Source: an uncultured Gammaproteobacteria bacterium (lineage in GTDB: Bacteria; Pseudomonadota; Gammaproteobacteria; DRLM01). Taken from it: 64,000 nucleotides of DNA. Of the stretch, positions 50,349 to 59,134 are shown piece by piece. Positions within the stretch are counted from its first letter, which is position 1. The number at the start of each line of letters is the position of its first letter. A model generated the notes under the pieces. The model saw nothing but the letters and a program-made list of their open reading frames with translations, had not been told where the DNA came from and made no database searches. The position numbers and the translations under genes were made by a program. The stretch is from contig CAVSNY010000007.1 in NCBI GenBank assembly GCA_963729605.1, positions 608,001 through 672,000 on the forward strand, written 5' to 3'.

Positions 50349-51305
50349 GTGGCATTTCAAACATACAAATTAGGATCGATTGGTATTGGAGCAATGTTGG
50401 GATTGTCCATGACAATCACCCTCATGTTGCCTAGTTTCGACTTCCGGTCAGCGGAGTCGACGTGGGTGGGCTTGGATAAATCACTTTCCAATGGCCTTCG
50501 GATAGGCTGGAGTTATGAGGACCCCTTTGTGATAGGGGCGGGTAAACCGCTTACGGTGATTCTCAATGCGAATCCTAAAACCGGTGAGCCATATGATCCC
50601 CCCATCCGGGCTTATGTTTACCAAGCGGGGACGCCGTTCGCTTCCGGTATCGAGCATCCGGATAACCTTGGACCAACTGTTAAAAGATTGAGTTTGGAAC
50701 GAGGTAAGATCGATCAAGCAGACAGAAGCCAGGGTGCGGTTTTTACCATTGAGTTTACTGACGTCAATGGGCAAGAGTGGGCTTATGTGGTAAATGAGAC
50801 GGCTACCCAAGGCTGGACACCGCAAGAAGTGCTCAACGCGGCGGGGGATGAAAATACCCGTTACGTTGCGCGTGGTAAGACGGTTTACATTACCGAAGGT
50901 TGCTGGTGGTGCCATACCTTATTGCCGGAACATACTCAGGACTGGCAGGTCTTTGGTACTCCTCCCTACTTGGGAGACTTCAATGGAGAAATGCCGACCG
51001 CTTTCGGTTCTGATCGTAAAGCACCGGATCTCCTCCATGTCGCATCACGTAATTCATCTCGTGAATGGATGATGATGCATTTCTTCAACCCCCGTTTGGT
51101 ACAGCCCAATTCGATCATGCCGCGCTTTGATTATTTGTGGGGTAAGGTTGATGTGAACGGCAACCCAATCGATTTTGCCAAATGGCGTGCGGAATATACG
51201 GCCTATCGGAAGGGTGAACGTGCCTATCCTCCTGAGGTGCCGGAATACGCGCGGGATACTGAAATTCGCGCCCTGATCGACTGGGTCTTGACGAGTCTGA
51301 AGTAA
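50349..51305 (+). CDS. ccoO: cbb3-type subunit II (CcoO-like) with a large insertion
   Basis: N-terminal TM; RGKTVYITEGCWWCH, FGSDRKAPDL, HFFNPR..QPNSIMP. Confidence 0.85.
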   Translation: MAFQTYKLGSIGIGAMLGLSMTITLMLPSFDFRSAESTWVGLDKSLSNGLRIGWSYEDPFVIGAGKPLTVILNANPKTGEPYDPPIRAYVYQAGTPFASGIEHPDNLGPTVKRLSLERGKIDQADRSQGAVFTIEFTDVNGQEWAYVVNETATQGWTPQEVLNAAGDENTRYVARGKTVYITEGCWWCHTLLPEHTQDWQVFGTPPYLGDFNGEMPTAFGSDRKAPDLLHVASRNSSREWMMMHFFNPRLVQPNSIMPRFDYLWGKVDVNGNPIDFAKWRAEYTAYRKGERAYPPEVPEYARDTEIRALIDWVLTSLK

Positions 51306-51320
51306 GGGGAGGGTTTATAA

Positions 51321-51974
51321 ATGGCTTGGAAATTAGATAATCCGTTGTATTCATTGGCCGATGATGCGGAAAATAAGGCTACGATTGAGGCGTGGCAAAG
51401 GGAAAAACACGGTGGTTTGTGGGAAGGTAATAATCGTTTACCCTATCCGGTCACTTTTTTGATCGGGTTGATCATAATTACCGCCTTCCTCGTTACAAAA
51501 CCTATTTGGGGACAGCGCCCAACCGCCGAGTTGTATGCGCCCATGGTGGAGTTGATGGACTCGCCTGAAGTGCAGCAAATGGCGACTAAAGAAGAAAAGA
51601 TAGCCTATCTCACCGAGCGGGCCATGGAGGTTCATAAGTCGGCTGCGGACACCCGTCTGCCCGGTCTTTTGGAGCGCCATCCGATCCTCTGGGAGGATCT
51701 GCAGCTTGCAGCACCCCATATCCGCGAGATTAAGTCAGCGAGTGGTCCATATGGCTTGGAAAGTTATACAGTGGTAGGCGATCAAGTTGTACTTGCCAAC
51801 TTCGAGGGTAGCTATCGCCCCGACGGTCTGCGGGAGCGTACCCAGCCCTGGTGGGATAAAGGTTACACGATTGACCTTTTATATGTGGCTTATTTCATCA
51901 TAACGATGGTTATCGTGTGCAAGCGGCTTCCCCACTTCACACAAAAACCCGACATGTCTAAAGCGGTTAAATAA
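51321..51974 (+). CDS. 2-TM protein in the CcoP position, no heme motif
   Basis: HGGLWEGNNRLPYP plus TM resembles the CcoP N-terminus; no CxxCH. Confidence 0.7.
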   Translation: MAWKLDNPLYSLADDAENKATIEAWQREKHGGLWEGNNRLPYPVTFLIGLIIITAFLVTKPIWGQRPTAELYAPMVELMDSPEVQQMATKEEKIAYLTERAMEVHKSAADTRLPGLLERHPILWEDLQLAAPHIREIKSASGPYGLESYTVVGDQVVLANFEGSYRPDGLRERTQPWWDKGYTIDLLYVAYFIITMVIVCKRLPHFTQKPDMSKAVK

Positions 51975-51988
51975 TAGGGGTAAATACC

Positions 51989-52138
51989 ATGGTTAATTTC
52001 GATTATGCGCCGGCTGTGTTCGCGGGGATTATCATTTTTGTGATTGTCGCTCCCGCTCTTTATGGGATTTTATTGGTCGATAAATTTTGGAAGAAAAATC
52101 AGCAGGATAAATCCGCTGGTGGTGATGCCTTCAATTAA
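51989..52138 (+). CDS. 49-aa single-TM micro-protein, CcoQ-like (not in the ORF track)
   Basis: AGGGG RBS; MVNFDYAPAVFAGIIIFVIVAPALYGILLVDKFWKKNQQDKSAGGDAFN. Confidence 0.65.
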   Translation: MVNFDYAPAVFAGIIIFVIVAPALYGILLVDKFWKKNQQDKSAGGDAFN

Positions 52139-52166
52139 TTAAATTAGATCAAAAGTAGTAAACACG

Positions 52167-52194
52167 GATGCCGCTTTCAAAGCGGCATCTTTTT
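52167..52194 (+). terminator. Rho-independent terminator closing the ccoNO unit
   Basis: GATGCCGCTTTCAAAGCGGCATC followed by TTTTT. Confidence 0.8.
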
Positions 52195-52266
52195 ATCAGG
52201 ATCATTGCAACTTACTGATTCTTGATCATGACTAATGACAGTGTGCGATCTTAAGGTTGGAGTCTC

Positions 52267-52602
52267 ATGCGTGATGAATTGATGTCGCTGTTTATGCCTG
52301 AACAGCGCTTAGCGTCATTAGCTCAATTCATTACATCTGTGGTGGTTGAGGGTGACAATACTAAATTTTTCGGTCTTGATACGAGTATCGAAGGTCTTCG
52401 CTCGCAAGAGTATAGTAACTTTATCTTCGGTTTTTTGGTTTTTTCCCTGATCATTTTCGCGGTCATAATTTATCTTTACTTACCCAAGCGAAAAGGCGAC
52501 CTTAAGACCGGGGAAAAGATTATGTTTGGTGCCATCATCATGGGGATGGTGTTTGCCGTGGTGTTTGGTTATATCCAGCTGATAGGTGGATACCTATTCT
52601 AG
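52267..52602 (+). CDS. Hypothetical 2-TM membrane protein
   Basis: GGAG RBS, two hydrophobic segments. Confidence 0.65.
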   Translation: MRDELMSLFMPEQRLASLAQFITSVVVEGDNTKFFGLDTSIEGLRSQEYSNFIFGFLVFSLIIFAVIIYLYLPKRKGDLKTGEKIMFGAIIMGMVFAVVFGYIQLIGGYLF

Positions 52603-52614
52603 GAGGATTGCGTC

Positions 52615-52902
52615 ATGAAAGAATTTGTCGAGTCATTGCCGGACGGTTGGACCATCTATTTATGGATGATTTTTGCGGCGGGTATTTTAATAGCGGCCGG
52701 TTTTATGTTGCGTTGGGCCGCCAAAAATGCCCAATTCGACGAGGACATAAAATATACGGTGTTTAACGAAGACGATAAAGATAAGATGGATCCCGAAGAA
52801 TATAAAAAGTCACGGGAAGTGATTGCCCATCAGACTCAACTTCGTAATGAGTACCTGGAAAAAAAGGCGGAAACGCATGCGGCTAAACATGCGGACAGGT
52901 GA
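52615..52902 (+). CDS. CcoS/FixS-like oxidase maturation protein
   Basis: TM followed by RWAAKNAQFDED (compare CcoS WAxxxGQFDD); AGGAGG RBS. Confidence 0.7.
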   Translation: MKEFVESLPDGWTIYLWMIFAAGILIAAGFMLRWAAKNAQFDEDIKYTVFNEDDKDKMDPEEYKKSREVIAHQTQLRNEYLEKKAETHAAKHADR

Positions 52903-53407
52903 GAAAGGCATTTTAATTTTAATCGGGGTGATTGTGGTGACCCTGATGGGATACAGAACGTATAAGCTGGCAGTGGACGAGCCTGATCCTGGGATACCGT
53001 TTTATACAACCGCCCCGCATGAAGTCAAAAGAACGGCTGAACTCATCTATAAGCGTAATGGTTGTGATAATTGTCATTCTTTGTGGTTGGTCCGTAACAT
53101 GATGGCGAGCGTGCCGGCGCCTGCCCTGGATGGTATCGGCTCGCTCCGCGACGAAGCGTGGTTTTATGAGTACTTTTCAGCAGAACAACCGCAATCAATT
53201 TTGCCGTCCCGGCTGAAAAAGGAATTTCAGATGCCATCGTATGCGCATTTGCCAGAACAGGAACGAAAGTTGTTGGCGGCATATATGGCAAGCCTGAAAG
53301 TAGAAGACTGGTATTTGCATGAAACCAAAAAGGCGGAGTACGAAAAATTGACCGGCCTACCCTACCCAGAGACGGTGAGAGATGATGAGTCGGCGCCTGA
53401 AAAATAG
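52889..53407 (+). CDS. Membrane-anchored monoheme cytochrome c
   Basis: TM; CDNCH; APALDGIGS; distal QMPSY. Confidence 0.85.
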   Translation: MRTGEKGILILIGVIVVTLMGYRTYKLAVDEPDPGIPFYTTAPHEVKRTAELIYKRNGCDNCHSLWLVRNMMASVPAPALDGIGSLRDEAWFYEYFSAEQPQSILPSRLKKEFQMPSYAHLPEQERKLLAAYMASLKVEDWYLHETKKAEYEKLTGLPYPETVRDDESAPEK

Positions 53408-53900
53408 GCTGGTCGATGTCGGTATGGCCTTTGTGGCCATCATGGCGGGTGCCTTGGTGGTCTATTTGGGCGATATGGCTTTGGGGATCACCCTCGAATT
53501 TTACTTCGGTGTCGCTACCTTCAGTCCGTTATGGGTGATGGATTTGTTCCTGGTGCCGTTTATCGCCGGGATAGTGGTATCTTACATCTATGGGCTGGGC
53601 GGAAAGATTTTGGCGCATTTTTCGCCCCTGATAGTGCGGGTCGCGAGCTTTTATTCGCTGAATAATGGGGGCGTGGTGCCGCCGGGTGTGGAAGTGCTGC
53701 CCATGGGCTTTTGGCTATTGGTAGTGATTATCTCAGTGGAGTTTGCCGCTTTTGGCGGAGTAGTGGGGGAGATCCTGGTTAAAAAAACCTATGGCCGCAC
53801 CGCGAAAGAATTGCTGCATAAGAAATATCAGATCGCTGAAGTGGATGAGTTGCCTGGTGTGGAAGACGTCGGGCAAAAACCGAGTGCCGTTAAAAAATGA
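53382..53900 (+). CDS. Hypothetical 4-TM membrane protein
   Basis: Hydrophobic ORF overlapping both neighbours. Confidence 0.7.
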   Translation: MMSRRLKNRLVDVGMAFVAIMAGALVVYLGDMALGITLEFYFGVATFSPLWVMDLFLVPFIAGIVVSYIYGLGGKILAHFSPLIVRVASFYSLNNGGVVPPGVEVLPMGFWLLVVIISVEFAAFGGVVGEILVKKTYGRTAKELLHKKYQIAEVDELPGVEDVGQKPSAVKK

Positions 53901-54964
53901 AGCTGCATTACAGTAAAGGGATCGCGAACACGCCGGGTGTCGATGTGGAGCGCCGCAAAAAATATCTGGCGGCTACCTTGGTATCCTGCATCGTGTTAAG
54001 TCTGGTGGGCGGCACTATCCACGTGCTGCAGTTGGGCGCCAACCGCATGCACGATATGCGCGGTAAAGCGCAGATTGATATGGATCAAGAAAAAAAGCAT
54101 CTGCGCGCCGCGGGTGAAGATTTTTATCGCCAGGCGGAACATGAATACGGTAAAAAGCAGATCGCCTCTTATTCGGTGGCCGAAGCCGAAGCGTTGCTGA
54201 CGCCTGATCAATGGCAAGAATTGGAAACCATGATAACGATTCCCGCCGGCAAATTTACCGTAGGTACGAATAGCGGACGGGCCGATGTGCAGGATCGGCC
54301 TGAGCACACGGTGAGCTTGGCGTCGTATCAGATCGATAAATATCCCGTGACCAATGCGCAATATGCGCGCTTCGTCGCGGCGACTGGACACCGCCCCCCT
54401 TTGCATTGGGATCAAGGCAAAATTCCGCCGGGCCGTGAAATGCACCCTGTAACCATGGTGTCCTGGTTTGATGCTAAGCGGTATGCGGAGTGGGCGGGCA
54501 AGCGTTTGCCCAAAGAATACGAATGGGAAGCGGCGGCGCGCGGCGCGGATGGCCGGCGTTGGCCTTGGGGCAACAAGATGGATCCCTTTCGCCTCAACAC
54601 TTATTATCAAGTCGGGTCGACCACCGAGGTGATGGCTTATCCCTCCGGCGCCAGTCCTTATGGCGTGATGGATATGGCGGGAAATGTCAGTCAGTGGATG
54701 GCGGATGACTTTTTACCTTACGCCGGCAGTGACGCGCCCAAGGATTTATTCCTGGCTAAGGCGGCGCAGCTGCCGGCCTCCGGCGCCGATCGCTCGATGA
54801 GGGTCGCCGAGTTCGTGGCTACGGATGAGCGTTACAAAGTGTTGCGAGGCGGATCTTGGAAGAGCGATCCTTTTTCCACGTCCAGTTATCATCGCAATTT
54901 TTCATGGCCCCATTTCGCTTCGAACTTTTTTGGATTTCGCTGTGTTAAAGACCTCACTTCCTGA
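53897..54964 (+). CDS. Membrane-anchored FGE-sulfatase-fold (SUMF1/EgtB/PvdO/NirV-like) protein
   Basis: IPAGKFTVG, VTNAQY, KRLPKEYEWEAAARG, DMAGNV, RGGSW, FGFRC; lacks the FGE catalytic Cys pair. Confidence 0.85.
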   Translation: MKLHYSKGIANTPGVDVERRKKYLAATLVSCIVLSLVGGTIHVLQLGANRMHDMRGKAQIDMDQEKKHLRAAGEDFYRQAEHEYGKKQIASYSVAEAEALLTPDQWQELETMITIPAGKFTVGTNSGRADVQDRPEHTVSLASYQIDKYPVTNAQYARFVAATGHRPPLHWDQGKIPPGREMHPVTMVSWFDAKRYAEWAGKRLPKEYEWEAAARGADGRRWPWGNKMDPFRLNTYYQVGSTTEVMAYPSGASPYGVMDMAGNVSQWMADDFLPYAGSDAPKDLFLAKAAQLPASGADRSMRVAEFVATDERYKVLRGGSWKSDPFSTSSYHRNFSWPHFASNFFGFRCVKDLTS

Positions 54965-54968
54965 TTTA

Positions 54969-55208
54969 ATGGGCCGCCGTTTAGCTCAAGCCTGGCTGCT
55001 GGGCCTCTTGTTCGCACCCGCGGCCGCGTCGGCGGCCGATAGTTATCGCTGGTTGCACGTCACCATCGACACGCCCTGGGCCATCTTCATCTTCCTGCTG
55101 CCGATGGTGCTGCTGCCGGTGGTGCTGATGGCCTATTTGTATTGGCGGTTTGCCGGGCGCGCGGAGGCGGACAAAACCAAGAAAACGCCGGGCGACGAGC
55201 TGAAGTAA
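54969..55208 (+). CDS. Small membrane protein with signal peptide
   Basis: ...AASA-ADSYRWLHVTIDTPW followed by a TM; 79 aa. Confidence 0.6.
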   Translation: MGRRLAQAWLLGLLFAPAAASAADSYRWLHVTIDTPWAIFIFLLPMVLLPVVLMAYLYWRFAGRAEADKTKKTPGDELK

Positions 55209-55288
55209 TACCAATAAACGGCATTCATGCCTTAAACGAGATTTGGGGAGTGACAGCGCGGATGATCGCACGGCAAGGAACGTGGTGG

Positions 55289-55636
55289 ATGGGGTTGAGT
55301 AAGTTTTTCAAGCTGCTTGTCTTCGTGGTTTTATTTTCAGGATCCGTGAACGCGCTGGCCCAGCCCGATGAAGGGTCGGAGGTGTTGCGTGGTTTTACCG
55401 ATAAAGCCTTGGCGGAAAGCGACGCCGTCAAAATCACCGATAAGAAAAAACACCAAATTCTGTTTATCATGGGCGCCTTGCTGCTGGCGGGTGTATTGGC
55501 CACCGCGGGTTTGGGGATAGCGATGGTGGTGTATGGTAAACAAGTCTTCATCGCGCACATGATCGGCGCGGGCTTCACCGTCTTTCTATCGGTTGCGCAC
55601 GCCGTCACCGCGATGGTGTGGTTTTTCCCTTACTGA
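55289..55636 (+). CDS. Hypothetical membrane protein with His in TM segments
   Basis: Signal peptide, then KHQIL, IAHMI and VAHAV in hydrophobic segments. Confidence 0.65.
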   Translation: MGLSKFFKLLVFVVLFSGSVNALAQPDEGSEVLRGFTDKALAESDAVKITDKKKHQILFIMGALLLAGVLATAGLGIAMVVYGKQVFIAHMIGAGFTVFLSVAHAVTAMVWFFPY

Positions 55637-55661
55637 TAATCGGGTGCCTAGTTCGCCCACC

Positions 55662-58322
55662 ATGCAGCCGACGGGGCCCCTCGATGCGCCGTTGAACGGT
55701 GGCGTCGCCCGTGGCGGGCAGGGTCACCGTTTGGTGGTCTTCGCCTATTTCCTGAGCGGTTTAACCTGTATCGCCTACGAAGTGCTGTGGGTGCGTATGC
55801 TCACGGTGCAATTTGGCGCCAGTATTTTTGGTGTGGTGCTCACCGTGTCCGCCTTCATGGCCGGGCTCGGTTTGGGCAGCTTGCTGGGCGCGCGGTTTGG
55901 TTATCTCTTGAGATCGCCCCTGATGTGGTGCGCGGCGTTGGAAGCGGCGGTGGCCGGATTCGCCCTTTTAATGCCTACGATTTTCCAGTGGCTGGAGCCC
56001 TGGTTGGACGGTTTTACCGGTGGCGCCAATCTTGCCCAATGGCACGGCTTGCAGGGTGGAGCCAGCTTTTTGCTGCTGTTTTTGCCGGCCTTGGCCATGG
56101 GCGCCGGTTTTTCATTGATACTGCGCGGCCTGGCGGGGGCCCCGGTGACTCTAGCCAAGCTGTATGGTTTGAATACCTTGGGCGGGGTGCTGGGCGCCTT
56201 ATTGCCTTTACTGCTGCTGCCGACGCTGGGGTGGACGCCGTCTTTACAGCTAATCGTCGTGCTCGGGGTAGCGGTGGCGGTGTTGATCGCATGGGGTGCC
56301 CGTTCGCTGCCACCCGTCAATCAGCCTGCGCCAACATCGTTTGACGCCGGCGTGCGTCCACCTATTACTTTATTGCTGAGTTACGCCGGGGTGGGAGCCA
56401 GCGCATTGATTCTGCAAGTGGGCTGGACCCGCCTGTACGGTATGGTGCTGTTGCGTACCGAGTACGTGCTGGCGGTGATTTTGGCGGTATTCCTGCTGGG
56501 TATCGGTGTCGGTAGTTTGCTGGCCCGGCGTGCCTTTTTTCAAAAATGGTTTATTTGGCTGCCGCCGCTCGCGGGCCTGTTCGCCTTGCTCAGTTTATGG
56601 GGGTTGCCGGCCCTGGCGGGGTGGGCCGACCGCCAGCAATTCGGGTCTTTGTGGGCGGCCTTGTTTTGGCAGGGGCTGGCACTGGCCGTGTTGACCTTTC
56701 CCACGACTTTGATGCTGGGCGCATGGCTGCCCCTGCTGAGCGAACGTATTGCCGCGGGCAAGGCCATCACGGGCGCGTGGCTGTACGGCGCCAACGCGGT
56801 GGGGGCGGCGGTGGGGGCGATCGTCGGTGGGCTGGTTTTGGTCCCCTGGATAGGGACGACCGCGCTCATCGGTTTGGCGGCCTTACTGCTGTTTGTCTGC
56901 GGAATGGGTTGCATAACGAGTCGGCGGTCTTGGTGGGCGATGCCGGTATTGATCGCCGCGGTCGTGCCCGTGCTGTCTTTCCCCCCGGTCAGCAGCCTTT
57001 TGCCGGTGACCCAGGCCCGGGTGAAAGATTTGGCGCTCTACGAGGATGCCTTATCCATCACCCATGTGGTGGAGCAGGAGGACGGTCAGCGTTTGCTGCT
57101 GGCCGATTTGCAGCGGATGGACGCCTCGTCGGATCCGGTTGCGGTGGTCGGTCAGCAAAATCAGGCCCGATTGCCTTTGTTGCTGCATGAAAACCCGCGC
57201 TCGGTGTTGTTTTTAGGTTTGGGTACCGGCATCTCCGCGGCGGGTGCGTTGCCATTCCCGGATATCTCGATCACCGCGGTGGAGTTGTCGGAGGGGGCGA
57301 TCAGTGCGGCCAAACAGTGGTTCGCCCCCGTGAACGCGGACGTGATGCGGCGGGCACGGGTGGTGAATGATGACGCCCGCCGGTTTCTGCGCGCCGATAC
57401 TGAAAATTACGATGTGATCATCGGCGATCTGTTTCATCCGGATTTGATCGGGCGGGGCAATCTGCTTTCCGTGCAGCAATTTCAGCGGGCCCGCGATCAT
57501 CTGGCGCCCGATGGGGTGTTCGTGCAGTGGCTGGCGCTCAACCAATTTGATCCCGAATCGCTGGTCATCGTCTTGCGCAGTTTCCGGCGGGTGTTCCCCG
57601 AGGCGCAGTTATTTGTCGAAGGATTTCGCCTGGCGCTGGTCGGGCCACGGGACCGCTGGCTGGGTGCGCCCGCCATGCTGAATAATTTGGCGCGTATGTC
57701 CGCCGCGGAACAAGCCGCGGTGACCGGCGGCGAAGGGTCTTGGACGTGGCTGGGGCGTTACTGGGGGCCGATCCCGGATAGCCGCGGTCCGCTGCAGGAC
57801 GAGTGGCGTCCCAAGATCGAGTTCAAGCTGCCGCAGGCGCGTTATGCCGGAACCTTTGATTTGGGTAGTCTCTTGGACCTGCTGCTCCGGTGGCGCCTGG
57901 ACCTGGACGCGGCGGCGCTGGCCTTGCGCATTGAAGATCGGAATAGGGAGGCCTTTGAGCGGGCCTTCGTTGGCTCCGAGCTGGTGATGCGGAGTTGGTT
58001 GGCAGCCTTGCGCGGCGATCCCTACGAGGGGCAGCGTCTGCTGCGCGCCGGATATGAGGCCAATCCCCAGGACCGTTGGATCGCCTCTACGTTGCTGGAT
58101 CAGATGCTGGCGTCCCTGCCGCAGGCGTTGCAACAAGGACGCGATGAGCGTGAGGCGTTGCAAACCCTGTTGGCGATCCATCCCGAACATGCCGGTGTAT
58201 TACGTGCGTTATGGCATCTTGAACGGAGGGAGGGACATCTTGATGAGGCGGAGCATTATCGGCGGCGTTTGCTGAGTTTGAGCCCGCTGGATAGGGAAGC
58301 AAATTTGATTGCGGCGCCTTAA
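55662..58322 (+). CDS. Fused MFS-like membrane domain / spermidine-synthase-like SAM-fold protein
   Basis: YEVLWVRML, LYGLNTLG, YGANAVG; VLFLGLGTGIS, VELS, DDARRFL, YDVIIGDLFHP; TPR-like tail. Confidence 0.87.
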   Translation: MQPTGPLDAPLNGGVARGGQGHRLVVFAYFLSGLTCIAYEVLWVRMLTVQFGASIFGVVLTVSAFMAGLGLGSLLGARFGYLLRSPLMWCAALEAAVAGFALLMPTIFQWLEPWLDGFTGGANLAQWHGLQGGASFLLLFLPALAMGAGFSLILRGLAGAPVTLAKLYGLNTLGGVLGALLPLLLLPTLGWTPSLQLIVVLGVAVAVLIAWGARSLPPVNQPAPTSFDAGVRPPITLLLSYAGVGASALILQVGWTRLYGMVLLRTEYVLAVILAVFLLGIGVGSLLARRAFFQKWFIWLPPLAGLFALLSLWGLPALAGWADRQQFGSLWAALFWQGLALAVLTFPTTLMLGAWLPLLSERIAAGKAITGAWLYGANAVGAAVGAIVGGLVLVPWIGTTALIGLAALLLFVCGMGCITSRRSWWAMPVLIAAVVPVLSFPPVSSLLPVTQARVKDLALYEDALSITHVVEQEDGQRLLLADLQRMDASSDPVAVVGQQNQARLPLLLHENPRSVLFLGLGTGISAAGALPFPDISITAVELSEGAISAAKQWFAPVNADVMRRARVVNDDARRFLRADTENYDVIIGDLFHPDLIGRGNLLSVQQFQRARDHLAPDGVFVQWLALNQFDPESLVIVLRSFRRVFPEAQLFVEGFRLALVGPRDRWLGAPAMLNNLARMSAAEQAAVTGGEGSWTWLGRYWGPIPDSRGPLQDEWRPKIEFKLPQARYAGTFDLGSLLDLLLRWRLDLDAAALALRIEDRNREAFERAFVGSELVMRSWLAALRGDPYEGQRLLRAGYEANPQDRWIASTLLDQMLASLPQALQQGRDEREALQTLLAIHPEHAGVLRALWHLERREGHLDEAEHYRRRLLSLSPLDREANLIAAP

Positions 58323-58324
58323 AT

Positions 58325-58354
58325 ACATAAGGGCCGCGATGGCGGCCCTTATGT
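58325..58354. terminator. Bidirectional terminator
   Basis: ACATAAGGGCCGC-GATG-GCGGCCCTTATGT between convergent ORFs. Confidence 0.75.
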
Positions 58355-58379
58355 TAATAAATGCACTTCAGTGCCGGGA

Positions 58380-58517
58380 TTATTTGGAGCCTTCTTCTTC
58401 CTTGCGACGGCGCAGGACGTCTTGAAAAGCCCCGTCGCTGATCATGTAGGCACCGACGATAATGATACTGAAAACAAAGATAGGAATTAAAATCCGAAAG
58501 CCAATTTCTTCGACCAT
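58380..58517 (-). CDS. 45-aa single-TM micro-protein
   Basis: AGGAGGGGG RBS; MVEEIGFRILIPIFVFSIIIVGAYMISDGAFQDVLRRRKEEEGSK. Confidence 0.65.
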   Translation of the reverse strand: MVEEIGFRILIPIFVFSIIIVGAYMISDGAFQDVLRRRKEEEGSK

Positions 58518-58929
58518 GTTACCCCCCCTCCTTATGAAAGCCTTTCCCCGCAAGGGAGAACAAGCCAGTTGCACGACTATAGCCAATCAATTTATATTTT
58601 ACAATACGATTTCTTAAATTAGCTTGATTGGGAATTCCACGGGCCAAGCCTGGAATGCTTGCCGAGCGTAGAAGTTTAGTGCGCCGGCCGGGGTGGAGTG
58701 GTTTGAAAGCCCTGCCGTCATTCATCATGAATGAGGCCGCGCGGACCTGACGACCGGCGTAAAAACACGCCTGGCGGGTTATATCCGGCGATTTTAAAGG
58801 TTCAGTACCGTGTAGTTGCATCACTGGTGGGGATTGGATAGAGTAGCTCCGCTGAATAGATAAGCGCAGCTTCCGATTGGGAAGAGTCGCTAAAAGCGAT
58901 TTATTATTTATAAGGGGGAGTGGGTGATT

Positions 58930-59010
58930 ATGAACAACGTCGGTTTTCTTGCTGTCCTGTTTTCCTTGGCGATTTTGATCTTTGTTGTTTTGCCCGCGAT
59001 GACCATCTAA
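58930..59010 (+). CDS. 26-aa hydrophobic micro-protein (not in the ORF track)
   Basis: GGGGGAG upstream; MNNVGFLAVLFSLAILIFVVLPAMTI. Confidence 0.45.
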   Translation: MNNVGFLAVLFSLAILIFVVLPAMTI

Positions 59011-59134
59011 CTCTTGCCGGGGCGAACTCTTATTGTTGAAGTCCTGCGTGAGAGGCTAGTGGGGCGAGTGAGTGCATGCCCATGTGCTCACGCCCCTCTC
59101 CATGCAGGGTGAGAATCGTCGCCTGTAGGTTCTG

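Noticed and set aside
53897-54964. True formylglycine-generating enzyme or DGR target protein
   Set aside because: The catalytic Cys pair is absent, and no reverse transcriptase or template repeat was seen in the window.
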